Shown: positions 38,201-48,472 of the stretch, in pieces
Layout: every line of letters begins with the position of its first letter
How positions within the stretch are numbered: the first letter of the stretch is position 1
Position numbers and translations under genes: made by a program
Origin: Mizuhopecten yessoensis
Taxonomy: Eukaryota
Length of the DNA: 64,000 nucleotides
Assembly (NCBI RefSeq): GCF_002113885.1
Contig: NW_018407403.1
Location: 1,352,055-1,416,054, forward strand
Direction: 5' to 3'
The notes under the pieces: generated by a model
Told to the model about the DNA's origin: nothing
Seen by the model: only the letters and a program-made list of their open reading frames with translations
Database searches by the model: none

Positions 38201-41200
38201 AAATTTATGTAAAAAGGAGATAATTTTGAATAAAAAATGAAAGAATTTTTTTTGCAAAATAATGTCAATAAAAATTATACTGACATAGATTAGTATTGCA
38301 TTAATGTATATCAATTTAATAAATGCTGATATTGTGTAAAATTAATTATCTATAAACGATTAAAAATTGCCTTTTTATAATAAAACCATATACACATAGT
38401 AATTGCATGTAAGAGTTATCTTTCTGGGAAATATTCACAATAGTGAAATAGGTAGCCGGTTTCCTGAAGTACAGATAAATGGACACATGTGACTCATTGA
38501 TAAAAAACAACTGAATTAATGCCTGGATTGCTTTGAAATACTTTAATATTGAGAGAACACACTCTTCTGTCAATAATAAACTTACAAAATTCATCAGTTT
38601 AATATTAAATATTAGAATATGCGGATATTGTGATACTGTCTCCCTTCATTGGATTTTCAACTAGGATGTACTTCCTATTTCCGTTTATCAATACATTCAT
38701 ATAACCTTAATTGGAGTCTCACAAAGAAAAATCTTCGATACTCAAGGGATTATGCTTATTTTCGCTCTCGCCTGGAATATGTCATAGCAAAATTGATGGC
38801 ACGCGGCTAGCTTTTTGATTGGTCTCGGGTAAAAACAATGACCAATCGATACATGTTAACTGACACCTGTCCATTGAAGATTACAGAGGAGCGACACCCG
38901 ACTTCAAACCACTCACGTTTACGGTTAAGAGACCAATATACTCCTTTTGATGTACATCAAAGAATCAAACTAGTCTTCTCGTCTCATCCACAAGGTATCG
39001 CACACTGATCGTTCAATCTTGCTGTGACTTAGTCCAGGGGTGCAGAGAGCGAAAGTGAGCGCAACGCCTGGAGTATCGAGGATGAAAAAGGAGGAAAGAA
39101 AAGTTAATGTTTGTATCTAAAACAATGATGTACCAAAAGGTCAGAACATCAGAATAACTGTATCTGTGATTTCATATGAATTACCATCGACGTTGTCTTT
39201 AGAAGTCTAGATTATGAGGTGTCTAGATTATGAGGTGTCTAGATTATGAGGTTGGTCACTTTCTAAATGTATGCATCTCCTATACAACATGTATTGAGCA
39301 TTACAAAGGTCTAGTATAAATGTGACGCCTGTGAATTGAAATTGATTTCCGTTCCTAATTTCACTCTGATTGCTACGCAGTGTAATATATTCATTTCTCT
39401 CATTTCCGTATGTGAAAGATAGAGCTATCTAGGGTAAGAAATGTGTGTAGGAAATGTCCATCTTACACCCCATTCCACGTGACATGACGTCACAATGACT
39501 CAACAATGACGTGACGTCACAAATTTGTAAAAAGCCCGATGCCGCAATGCGGAAAAAGGCGATGTGATGAAATTAAAACCTTTTTCAATATATTTGCCAT
39601 ACTCGGTAGAAAGATAAGATTATTTTTCCCTGTTCGCGCAGAAAAAAATATGGTGTATGCTTAATCTCGCTGACCGATTTTTGTTATAAAAAAAGCTCGG
39701 GGAATTGATATTTTTAAAATGGTACCCATTCCAAACGTATTTTCTTGATTTCTGAGCTGATTCTGGTAGTTGAAATGAGAGAAATAAGACTCTTCCATGC
39801 CCAAGGATGTAGGATAGGGAAATTCCAGCCTCGGGTTTTTCATTCCGCAAAACCATCGCTATATATTCGGGTTTTACCAAATTTGAAAACCCCCTAGTTG
39901 GGATTTCCCTATCCTACACCACTGTGCATGAAAGAGTATTATATTTTTAAATTTTAGAATTGTAACATATGAAAGCTTACACATATATACGTCACTTGAA
40001 TTAATGAGGAGGGCAATCAAAACTAGTGGTGACTTCCTTTTATTTCTTCTATCCTTAACACTAACGAAACGTTAAATGAAAAAGAATATCAAAGTTATCC
40101 CATTTGTGTTCGATGTAGATGACAGTCGGTGATCTTCATGTAAAAGGCAATCTATATTAATAGTATTTCGTTATTAATTTCTAGCTGTACATGAATACAA
40201 ACCACCTATTCCTGACCGGGGACGCTGTGTTTTTACTGCTCTTCAATATTGTTCAATGTATCAACGATTCTCGTCACATAAGTGAGTACTTTTCAATATT
40301 TAGGTATGGTCTTTGAATGTCAAAATCATCCCATATCTTAATATGAAATGTCGAAAACTGGTCACTTTATAATCCTCTCTTCTAAAACATTCTCATGTAA
40401 TGGACGAGCTCGAAAGGTTCCGCATCATTGGGAAGGATCATCCCCACAAATTAATAAATGGATTTCTTGTTTGTTTAGCTGTTGATTTGATGGGATATAA
40501 GTTGCATCATAGTACTATTTGTTGTCCGTATTGAACACTTTTGAGAAAGTTTCTCATCCAAAAGATTAATTTGTTTGTGACTATATTTCGTTGACAGAAC
40601 GACTCCATATGTGGCTGAAATCGATCGACGCATTATCTGAGGATCGTAGCTCACCCACCTTGCAGGCCCCACCCATAGTGCTTATAGGAACACACCTGGA
40701 TCAGCTCCCTGGATCGGTAAAACTACAGAACATGTGTTGTCTTGTTTTCAAACAAAGGAATAGATAGGGTAAAAGGCAAGGTATATGTTTTTGATACATG
40801 TATCTTACAGCCCATATGATACAGCACGTTGTATTACAAATGCTTTTTGCATGGCACGACTCCTTGTAACGCATAGACTATTATCAAAAGAACGGTATTA
40901 TATTTGTACAATATATAAACATTGTATATCATATACTTGCTTTAAATATCGACCAAATTGCATATGTGATACTGTGTCATTCCAATGGTCGCTATTGCCC
41001 GCCCGTGTAATAACTTATCGATATCAGTCCGCATCCGGTGATATCAGCCCGCTTCCGGATATATCAGCCCGCATCCGGGTCTTCAACATAATCCGGTCCG
41101 GTGACCGCTTCACATTTTAGAGGTTTGTTATTGTTGTCGTCTGCACCTCTCGCCTATACTTGAAGTAGATGAACTTATCGACAAAGAAAATGACCAAAGG

Positions 41201-44200
41201 TTGGATTAGGCGATGTTTGTTAACATCAAAAAAGGAAGGACACTGGTAGTTAATGTCGACAGCATGAAAAACGGCAATACGAAGAGGAAAACTATGTGAT
41301 ACAATTTCATAACATGCCTGTTTTTATATCTGACTCCATATTGGCCCTCAACCTATACCAGGCCCGCGGACCTTTCTGCCCTTGGGCCTGATTTATGTAA
41401 CTCGGGCCAATACGGGGCTTGATATGAAAACAGGCATGTAATAACCTCTAAATATGTCGCAATGTTATAACATGATATCATTACTCCACTCAAGATGTCG
41501 TTTTGTCTGGCTTGTTGAGCTGATTCGTCTTTCTGAAAAGAAACAAAAATTGGGGCTTATTGGGAGATAATATTGACCTTTACATATACAAGATGTAAAA
41601 TTACCTATCTTAGCGGCATTGTATATTAGCAAAATTTTAAAAGAACAGAATGGTGATTACTGCTGAATTCTAAATTCAAATACTTATTTTTATACCTGTC
41701 ATACACTTCTGTTGCCGATCTGCAAATATATAATTTCGCAAAATGTCAGAAAATTCACCGCACAATAATTTTGTCCAAGTTTTAATTTCGCGACCTCCTC
41801 TCAATAGTGAGAATTGTGATAATAGACGGATAAAGCTTGGGCGAAATATTCTTGCTTGAAATATCCGTTTATATAGCAAAACAATATCCACGTGACAAAG
41901 AAGTCAGGTTCATGTTGCTCGCAATGAATAGGTCCGAATTGAATATCACAAACACGTTGATGAATTTTCTCTTCTTATCTAGGACTCGGAGAAAACGCTC
42001 CAAGCTGAATCATTCTACTCTGATATCGTGACCAGACATCCCGTTATGGCGGCCATCGCCGAACGTCACATTGTTACGTTCTTCCCATTAGACAACCTGA
42101 AGGATGACAACCCTATGTACGAAATGTTATGGTATGCCATTGTGAAAGCAGCACAACATCAGTCCCATTGGAAATGCCCTGTTCCCATGGTATGGCTTGC
42201 TTTGGAACGAGATATAATGCTGGCTAAAGGCAAGAGGGTGCGGGTCATGACACTGGATGAAGTAATTGAGAAAGTCAAAGGGCTTGAAGTTGAAGTAAAA
42301 GAAGGGGAATTCGGTGTAGAGGAATGTTTAAGGTAGGTGTATTTCTCTATGAATAGGCATCATTTTACAGAATATTGGCTATTCAGTATAAAAATTCCCA
42401 GTCTGGTTGCTATTTGGTTAACTGTGTCATTTTGTTAAAAACTTATGAATTGTATGAAATTGCGTTTGTGCAAATCCAAACATTGTACACAGTACATTTT
42501 AAAAAAAATATTGTGACGTTCTATTTTCACTGGTTCTTTTTTTATCCTGACATTTGGATTGACAGTTTCATTTTATCCATTAAAATTGATATTTTAATAA
42601 CATTGTTCAGATATCTGCACCGGACAGGAATCATACTTTGCTTCGGGACCGACAGTCCGGATAGTAAAATAATAACAGATCCTCAATGGCTTGCTAGGGG
42701 ATTTAGGGCCATCATCACCGCTCGCAATTTCATGCCGGACATTCCAGAACACTCTGAGGTGATGGATCATTATTACAAGACAGGCGAGATAACTCTTGCT
42801 CTGATCAAATTGCTTTGGGGAAAAGAAAAAGAAGATGGCTTCCTACAGCATGAACCCGTGCTTATTGCATACATGGTTCGCCTCGGTCTGCTCACACCAC
42901 CACTCTCTGAAGGAGGAATAGACATCGACGAAGTCTTTTTCGTGCCATCTATCCTCCCTGAAGCTGAACCAGAAAAAATACAGCATCTCATAGAAAATAC
43001 GTACACACAAAGGAGTGCAACGTTGTGCTTTGTTTTTATAAATGTCTTCGTTTCGTCACCAGTTTATGACAAAGTCATGGCATTCTGCATTCACAATTTC
43101 GGCAAAGCTGATTTGACATTCATGGAGCAGGGATACTGTCTCCAAAGAGGTCTTGGATGTTTTCGTCTGAATAGACGAAGAAACATGGTTCTACATTGCC
43201 AGGACTCAATCATCAAACTAACAATGTTCTCTTCAACATCAGATGATGCATTGGAAGCAGGTGAAGGGTTTCACCTGAAAAATGTACTGACAGCGATGTT
43301 AAAAACAGTTCTGGTCACTAATCAGCAGGGACACCTTGTGAAAGAGTTCGACCTTTTTCTAGACAAATCATATCGTGTCACTAACGACGGCAAATACGTG
43401 AGGGAGTCAGACCTCGCACAATCGTCTGAACCGTTGGACTGTTCCGGTCCAGCCAACAGCAAAACTGTCTGCAAGTCCGATTGGGATGTTTGGTTTGTTG
43501 ATCCATCTTTGGTAAGTTGACGTCATATTTTGTATGATATTTTGATAACTAGACATTTTCATGTAGAGCCTTGGGTTAGTTAACCTCTTATTTGCGTATA
43601 AAGCAATGTCAGGGTATAAACCTTAATTATACATAAAACTTTCGCAATTTCAATTAATAAAAATTCGGTAAACAGATTCATGACTACAAAATAGTACATT
43701 TGTAAATGATCAAATGAACTGCCATTTGTAAATACAATTATGATAGGTGAATATCTTATAGTAGAAGAACGGTTCCATTATTGCATACGATATTCTAATA
43801 CTTAGTAGGAGGGCGTCCGACTTTAGGAGATATTCTAATATTCCAAAATTAATTCTTTTAAAGGTTTGCATTCTCTGTTTATGTACCAACATATTTCTCT
43901 ACTATACATCTTCTTTTAATGGATTGTGTCATGGCAAAACCGGAAGGACTATACGCGCCACGTTTCGGTTGCTACGAGTTGAGTAGTGTGGAAACTGTTA
44001 CGAAATCCTGCATACCTGGTTATCCTTCGACACAAGATTAAAAGAATCGCTCGACAGTATTGCAGTGAAATTGACCGGCTTATACATAGTTTACCTGTGT
44101 AGCTCCACTGTGATCTTTAGCTGAGAGATAGCGTTTGGTCAACAATTAATGTCCGGAATCAATCCAATGGTTCACATGTACCGTCATTGATAGTTTTGTT

Positions 44201-45989
44201 ATGAAATATTCCAAGGTTGTGGAGAGGGTTTGTTTATCGAGAACGGAAATCATGGATTTATAAGACACCATATTCTATAATGTCCTTTATATTTTTAGTT
44301 CTGTGCAATCTTTATCAGCCATTCAAATCCTTTTTTCATATTTTGTTGTAGAGAGCTGATGTTATGGAATCAGCAACGGGTGAGTTATAAATTTTGATAT
44401 AAGCCAAATATTTTGCGTCTGTATTGATAGTATGGCTTATAGCGACTGTAAGCCATTTTGTAGGAGCGATGTTGAGAGCTTTAGTATTTATTCAAACATT
44501 TTATGCTATTGTAAAAACTTGCACCCGATGCACTGTAGATGAGATGACTACCATTTTTTATCAGCGATGTTAAGAGCTTATGTATTTATGAATATATATA
44601 TATTACCGAATATTTACTCTAGTGAAGTCATTTTTAACGCTTATCATTTATAAAAAAAAAACAGGAAGCAATAGCGGAAGCTTACGTTGATAAAGAAAAG
44701 TAATAAAACATTTCATCTAAATACAATTTGCATTCATATTACTATCGTCCGTATGATGCGTTTTAGTTTAGACTAAGAAATAGCTTTACAACAGCAATTT
44801 TTATCAAATCTTATTCTTTCATCTTTTACATATTACGAACTTGTCTTTTTTTTAGTAAGCCCTTTCAACACAGTCAAGCGATTTACATCCAAGCAAATGA
44901 GCCGAATTGCAAAATATATTGGCTCAAGTTACTGCCTCCTCTTCACTGAGCTCGGAATGAAACTGCATGAAATGGAACAGGTACGGGAGAGCTACTCCAG
45001 TGAATGCTTCAGAACATTCATTACCCAACTTCTGTGTAAATGGCAGAATGGATTACCTCCCAAGTCGTCCATCCAGAGCATCTACACAGCACTTTCAGCT
45101 AACCATGTAGAAACAAGCCTTCTCTCTACCGAACTGCAGAGTGACATAGCGTCAATGGATCCTTCCGGTAAGAGAGTTTCAGGTGCCCATTGTTAATTAC
45201 GCCCTTCATATTTAAATATGATTTTACAACAAATCTAAAACTTCTTAATACAGTACACAGTTCCCGTCACATTGTTTGAGTCACTAACGTTTTGCTTTAT
45301 ATCACAAAAATTACCATTGCAAATAAGCTTGACATGTTATCACTGACCACTTGATAATGACTATTCTTTCCGTCAGAATTAAGGCAATTCATTATAGATT
45401 TAAATTCAATACAGAATACGGTAATACAGTCTGTAGTATATATTCCAAAAACGACAAAAAATAATAGTCGATTAAGCGATCATAATTTTAAAATTAAGCA
45501 CAGTGTACATATAAGTATGCTTGTAGTTTTAAAAGATATATCAACAAATAAATTCTGTTTGTGTCGCGTTTAAGATAAGAAGCGATAGAAAGGACAAGGC
45601 TTTGGAAGTTATACAGAACGCTTAGTGACTAAGGAGCAGATTGATTCTTCTAAAATAAGATAACACTAGCTTCTAAAAATCCCTGACTTAATTATCATTA
45701 TTATTCCTTAATTTATATTTTAGATGAAGACGCTTGCAGAGTTCCGAATGAGAACGACATAGACTGTATTGCTCTCCGGCTGAACAAGTCATACGTTATT
45801 TTCTTTTTGGAACTTGGTATGGAGATTGCAGAGGTTGATCAAGCAATGCTTGATTGCAAAAATGTGAGACGGGCTTTCACCAAATTATTGAAACAATGGG
45901 TCGATCGATGTGGTCAGACAGCTTCGATGGGTCGGATCTACAAAGCTATGCAGGAATGTGGTATGGAGCATAACTCATTACGAGAATGA
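28787..45989 (+). CDS. Kinase-less ROCO protein (ANK-like, ROC, COR, death domain x2), join(28787-29210,29510-29884,36382-36459,37602-37801,40185-40281,40598-40716,41983-42332,42611-43511,44352-44379,44856-45167,45724-45989), ~1049 aa
   Basis: All junctions are GT-AG and phase-consistent (3150 nt total). G1 GPEGVGKST, G2 RSTD, G3 ISLWDFAGEE, LYMNTNHLFLT, G4 IVLIGTHLD, COR motifs HWKCPVPMVWLALE / YLHRTGII / ITDPQWL / FFVPSILP, and two C-terminal death-fold exons. The 78-nt exon is the least certain. Confidence 0.85.
29510..29884 (+). CDS. ROCO gene exon: ROC P-loop (G1/G2)
   Basis: IRIFYVGPEGVGKSTLCRRM...RSTDLMD; acceptor TTGCAG, donor G|GTGAGT. Confidence 0.85.
30405..31593 (+). mobile_element. 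HINE-like element, full length, in ROCO intron
   Basis: 5' TTTTAGGTCACCTGAGCTTTGCTCAAGTGACC, (CGTCGTG)n, internal tandem units, 3' CTCAGGTGACC plus hairpin GGCCCTTGGGCC TCTTGTT. Confidence 0.8.
32280..36190 (-). mobile_element. DNA transposon (PIF/Harbinger-ISL2EU-like or Kolobok-H-like); ends approximate
   Basis: Transposase ORF flanked by imperfect subterminal inverted motifs (TTGGATGCAAA and GTGGTGGAAC at ~32598-32686 versus GTTCCACCAC and TTTGCATCCAA at ~35822-35909). Exact termini and TSD not resolved. Confidence 0.6.
33087..35123 (-). CDS. DDE_Tnp_4-type transposase with C-terminal SWIM zinc finger (678 aa, intronless)
   Basis: Catalytic ILDGTYIYIQK / VVDRGFRD / SRWIVESYHGRLK; SWIM-like CQCPVGERTMGMCAH; N-terminal Cys/His motifs. 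Confidence 0.88.
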   Translation of the reverse strand: MEGKCVGEGCQVYFKKRSGNKNRSARNVNSPQYKWLLDTLVQQGLMSAKEQALICQKCYMKYLRNKNQPEPEPEQNQEIEEEDDSPSHILPLLTLHDLLNGSSSHKKCCLCLVTFARNGTKSSVLPKRARHHLIYSHKLWCPTSSRVCSIHLIGNDLDPSTEVVLDGRGSLESQLPSKSSEIINDLLEVSHVLSQNQSAFTISFSSLDDSACMAWTGWSKDQFLEIHSLCSPYLSSGIYTCLNGMREPIYQRSLKTDISWSQCSSLFGISKSSVSKTFHSIVQALDTSIVPQFLGPDHLTREQLLGHNTVFSEAFFGDKATAILDGTYIYIQKSSDHKLQRMSYCGQKKRNYLKFMSIALPDGYILDTVGPFTGSENDATITKKVMDKLVTWLQPDDNVVVDRGFRDVLPVLEASGLNASMPSYLKPGQSQHSDVQANLDRTITKSRWIVESYHGRLKHWTFFRTQLVSNSFINVIEALLRTVTACLNGIRGPIYQRSPERDAKDRLMAERMKDRLTTPNGLAQRVKTDPDLSRRARSEFVKMDASSVLFPRLDLDYLRTITCGTYQISLAPGYIAEHLSDDGDYEVWLYQHSPDLLRCQIHSRHKSQTKYNVWIRFTVSPDVEAPIKDYYCQCPVGERTMGMCAHISSILYYLGYYRTLENPRPLQPQVKKFRQNLK
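36862..37011. repeat. 25-bp tandem repeat, ~6 copies
   Basis: Unit GAACTGTTTGTAATAAGTTTATGAA. Confidence 0.9.
37602..37801 (+). CDS. ROCO gene exon: ROC G3 motif
   Basis: AYISLWDFAGEE|GTAAAT. Confidence 0.85.
37813..37953 (+). mobile_element. 5'-truncated SINE with 13-bp TSD
   Basis: Matches the 3' half of the SINE at 7955-8112 (CGGCAT...CCGCGCTATCACAAGGAG...AGCTGTTGAGAGGACGTTAAAC). Flanked by AGGTAAATAATGT at 37800-37812 and 37954-37966. Confidence 0.8.
39205..39252. repeat. 16-bp tandem repeat x3
   Basis: GTCTAGATTATGAGGT x3. Confidence 0.85.
39790..39937. mobile_element. Hairpin end of a non-autonomous palindromic element (similar style to 9795-9918 and 41308-41450)
   Basis: TCTTCCATGC..GATGTAGGATAGGGAAATTCCAGC pairs with GTTGGGATTTCCCTATCCTACACC..GCATGAAAGAG. 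Confidence 0.55.
40185..40716 (+). CDS. ROCO gene exons 40185-40281 and 40598-40716: ROC switch II to G4
   Basis: LYMNTNHLFLTGDAVFLLLFNI... and KRLHMWLKSIDAL...APPIVLIGTHLDQLPGS; not in the ORF track. Confidence 0.85.
41308..41450. mobile_element. Palindromic MITE end
   Basis: ACATGCCTGTTTTTATATC..ATTGGCCC pairs with GGGCCAAT..GATATGAAAACAGGCATGT. Confidence 0.55.
41983..43511 (+). CDS. ROCO gene exons 41983-42332 and 42611-43511: COR domain
   Basis: QHQSHWKCPVPMVWLALERDI, CLR|YLHRTGIILCF, IITDPQWLARGFRAII, FFVPSILP. Confidence 0.88.
44856..45167 (+). CDS. ROCO gene exon: death domain 1
   Basis: FTSKQMSRIAKYIGSSYCLLFTELGMKLHEMEQV...QLLCKWQ...SIQSIYTAL; death-fold pattern (IA..IG...L..ELG...LL.W). 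Confidence 0.75.
45724..45989 (+). CDS. ROCO gene last exon: death domain 2
   Basis: PNENDIDCIALRLNKSYVIFFLELGMEIAEVDQ...KLLKQWVDRCGQTASMGRIYKAMQECGM*. Confidence 0.75.
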
Positions 45990-46511
45990 AATCAGTATGG
46001 ACGATGAACAGTTTGACTGTTTTGAAGACGACGAACAACACAGTAGGACACATGTTCGTCAACGACTTTATAATATGTATCTTAAGTTGTTTTACAAGTA
46101 TAACACACAGCCATTGGCTACGAGTTCTTCTCATATGTCATACATAAATGCAGGATGTGACAACTGTATATGGACATCAATTTTCTTGCTGCTAACACCC
46201 ACCGTTCATACGAATCGCACTATCGTACACACGCATCTGTGTACAATGAAAGAGAGAGAGAGATTTGATATTGAAAGGAAATATTTTCATATATTTTCTG
46301 CATTTTCAATGCGTTGTCCTTGATATATAGAAAAGGAACTTTTACACGAATATACATTATGAAAATATAATCTTGATTCTAATAGAATATGGAAGTGAAT
46401 TGCAGTTTTTTTTCATACCGTAGGTAAGTGTTAAGATCAACTAAAATGAGTATTGATTCCTTTTTATTATGAGATTAAACTTCAGCTGTTTTCACTGCTG
46501 ATATTATAATA

Positions 46512-46712
46512 CTGTATAACACGAAATGTTCGTTGTGTATAAACATTCGTGGTTTTCGTGGTTGAACCACGAAAATTAATACAACGAATTTATATGATAT
46601 ACGTGTATACTGTTGGTTAACATAGGATTTCCACGAAAGTTTGTAGCACGGAACCATCCTAAAGGCTTCAAACGACGAAGGAAAGTACCCACGAACATTG
46701 CGTGTTATACAG
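46512..46712. mobile_element. MITE with 22-bp TIRs
   Basis: CTGTATAACACGAAATGTTCGT ... ACGAACATTGCGTGTTATACAG. Confidence 0.7.
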
Positions 46713-47626
46713 TGATACCTCTTCCGCAGCAGCAGCATTCCTTTACACAGCAGTTAGCTGTAATCTCCGCTGATATCATCAACGTTTTCTGCAACTCTGA
46801 TTCACTCGCGCGACCATATGTTATCAAACGTTACATATACATTCGTTTCTAAATGATTTCTTCCAATGTGGTCTACCCAGCAACTCCTAAGAATGTGTGT
46901 CCACTGTAAACGTTGACTGCCACGGTGGCCTTTACAAGCCGTGATTTCATAATAGAGGAATATTGGTTGGCAATAAAACTCACATGCACTAAGACTTAAT
47001 CAAAAGTTGGCATAAAGAACACTCATCAAAATTATCGACGTAGCAGTAATTGTTGCTGGCTGACATCGATGACGTAATGTTGACATCCGTTTCTAAGAGT
47101 TAACAAATGTCAGTCAGAAACCATTAGAAAATTTCCATCTGGATTTGACTTTACCGCGTAAACGGTCCATGATGTCTCTAACAATGCAACTGAACAAACC
47201 GAACAATTTCCGATTGAACACATTCATATGTAATATTAAGATAGTACAACTTGCTGTCAATCTTAAGGTCGATGCATTTCAATACCTATGGTTAGAACAG
47301 GCCGTATATCTGATAACGTGTCAGGGCCAAATTGTCGGAAGCCTAGTTAGCTTAGGTGAATACATCTCTCATTAATGCTGGATTACAAAGATGACTTTGA
47401 AAACACAAACAAGATGATAATAACTTTGATGAAGCATTGAACAATATTATCAGATTAAATGAGAAATAGTTCAAATGAAATATTAAGTGTATATAAGCTT
47501 GTATCTTAAATAAATAAAAAATGGTTTTCAAACATTGTCGGCTTATTATCATGTTAACCTCTAAGATAAGTTCTCCCACGTTCAGGTTGAAGATCAGTCA
47601 TTTGGTCAGACTATCACCAATTCAAG

Positions 47627-48435
47627 ATGGTGTATGGTGTTGTTTTTGTAATGGTGTTGGCTGTGGCTTTTGCTATTAACGGTCAACAGGATTATAAGTA
47701 TGACACTATTCTATCTGAAGTATCTGCTTTGAAGAAATTCACGTTTAACATGAATGTGGAATTTGGTAGACTCCGACAACAGCATGAAGAAATGCGGGAA
47801 GAGCTTCGAGCTTTCAGGTGAATAGTTACGACACCTGGATTAAAACGTATTTAATTCAGAATATAAAAAATATCTATAGAGATATATATCATACATATAT
47901 ATATATAGCTACATTGTACAACTAGAGTAGAACAATTTTTTGGGGGAAAATGTAAAGCGACTTTGACAATTAATATGCTATGTTTTGTCAATGAATCCAC
48001 CAAATTGCGAGAACATTTCAGTGTTATGACGTCAAATATTGTAATACAATGTAGCTAACAACTTCACATTTTATGCAACTTTGTAACATTGTACTACATC
48101 CGGAGGCACGTTGATCTAGTGGTAGGACGCCAGGCTCTTGCCAAAGGGCTGCGAGTTCGAGTCACGGCACGGAACTGTGTTGTATCTTTGAGCAAGATAC
48201 TTTACTCCGCTTGTTCCAGTCTACTCAGCTGTAAATGAGTATGTGGTTGGGCAGTACTAAATTTGTAGAATGCTAGATGTGAGCGCCGAAATGGCAGCAC
48301 CGGCCGTATGCTCCCGAGGGAGTTGAGACATATATTGGCTGGTTGCAAAGGCCCTATAACCACGGATAATAATTTGTGAAACGCTTTGAGACGACTTACG
48401 AACTAGGTTGTGATAAAGCGGTGTATAAGAACCTC

Positions 48436-48472
<37 letters not shown>

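Noticed and set aside
42375-42610. N-terminal part of the 381-aa ORF
   Set aside because: Intronic read-through upstream of the true acceptor at 42610.
28787-45989. Naming the ROCO gene DAPK1, LRRK2 or MFHAS1
   Set aside because: No kinase or LRR exons found and two death domains; orthology is unsupported.
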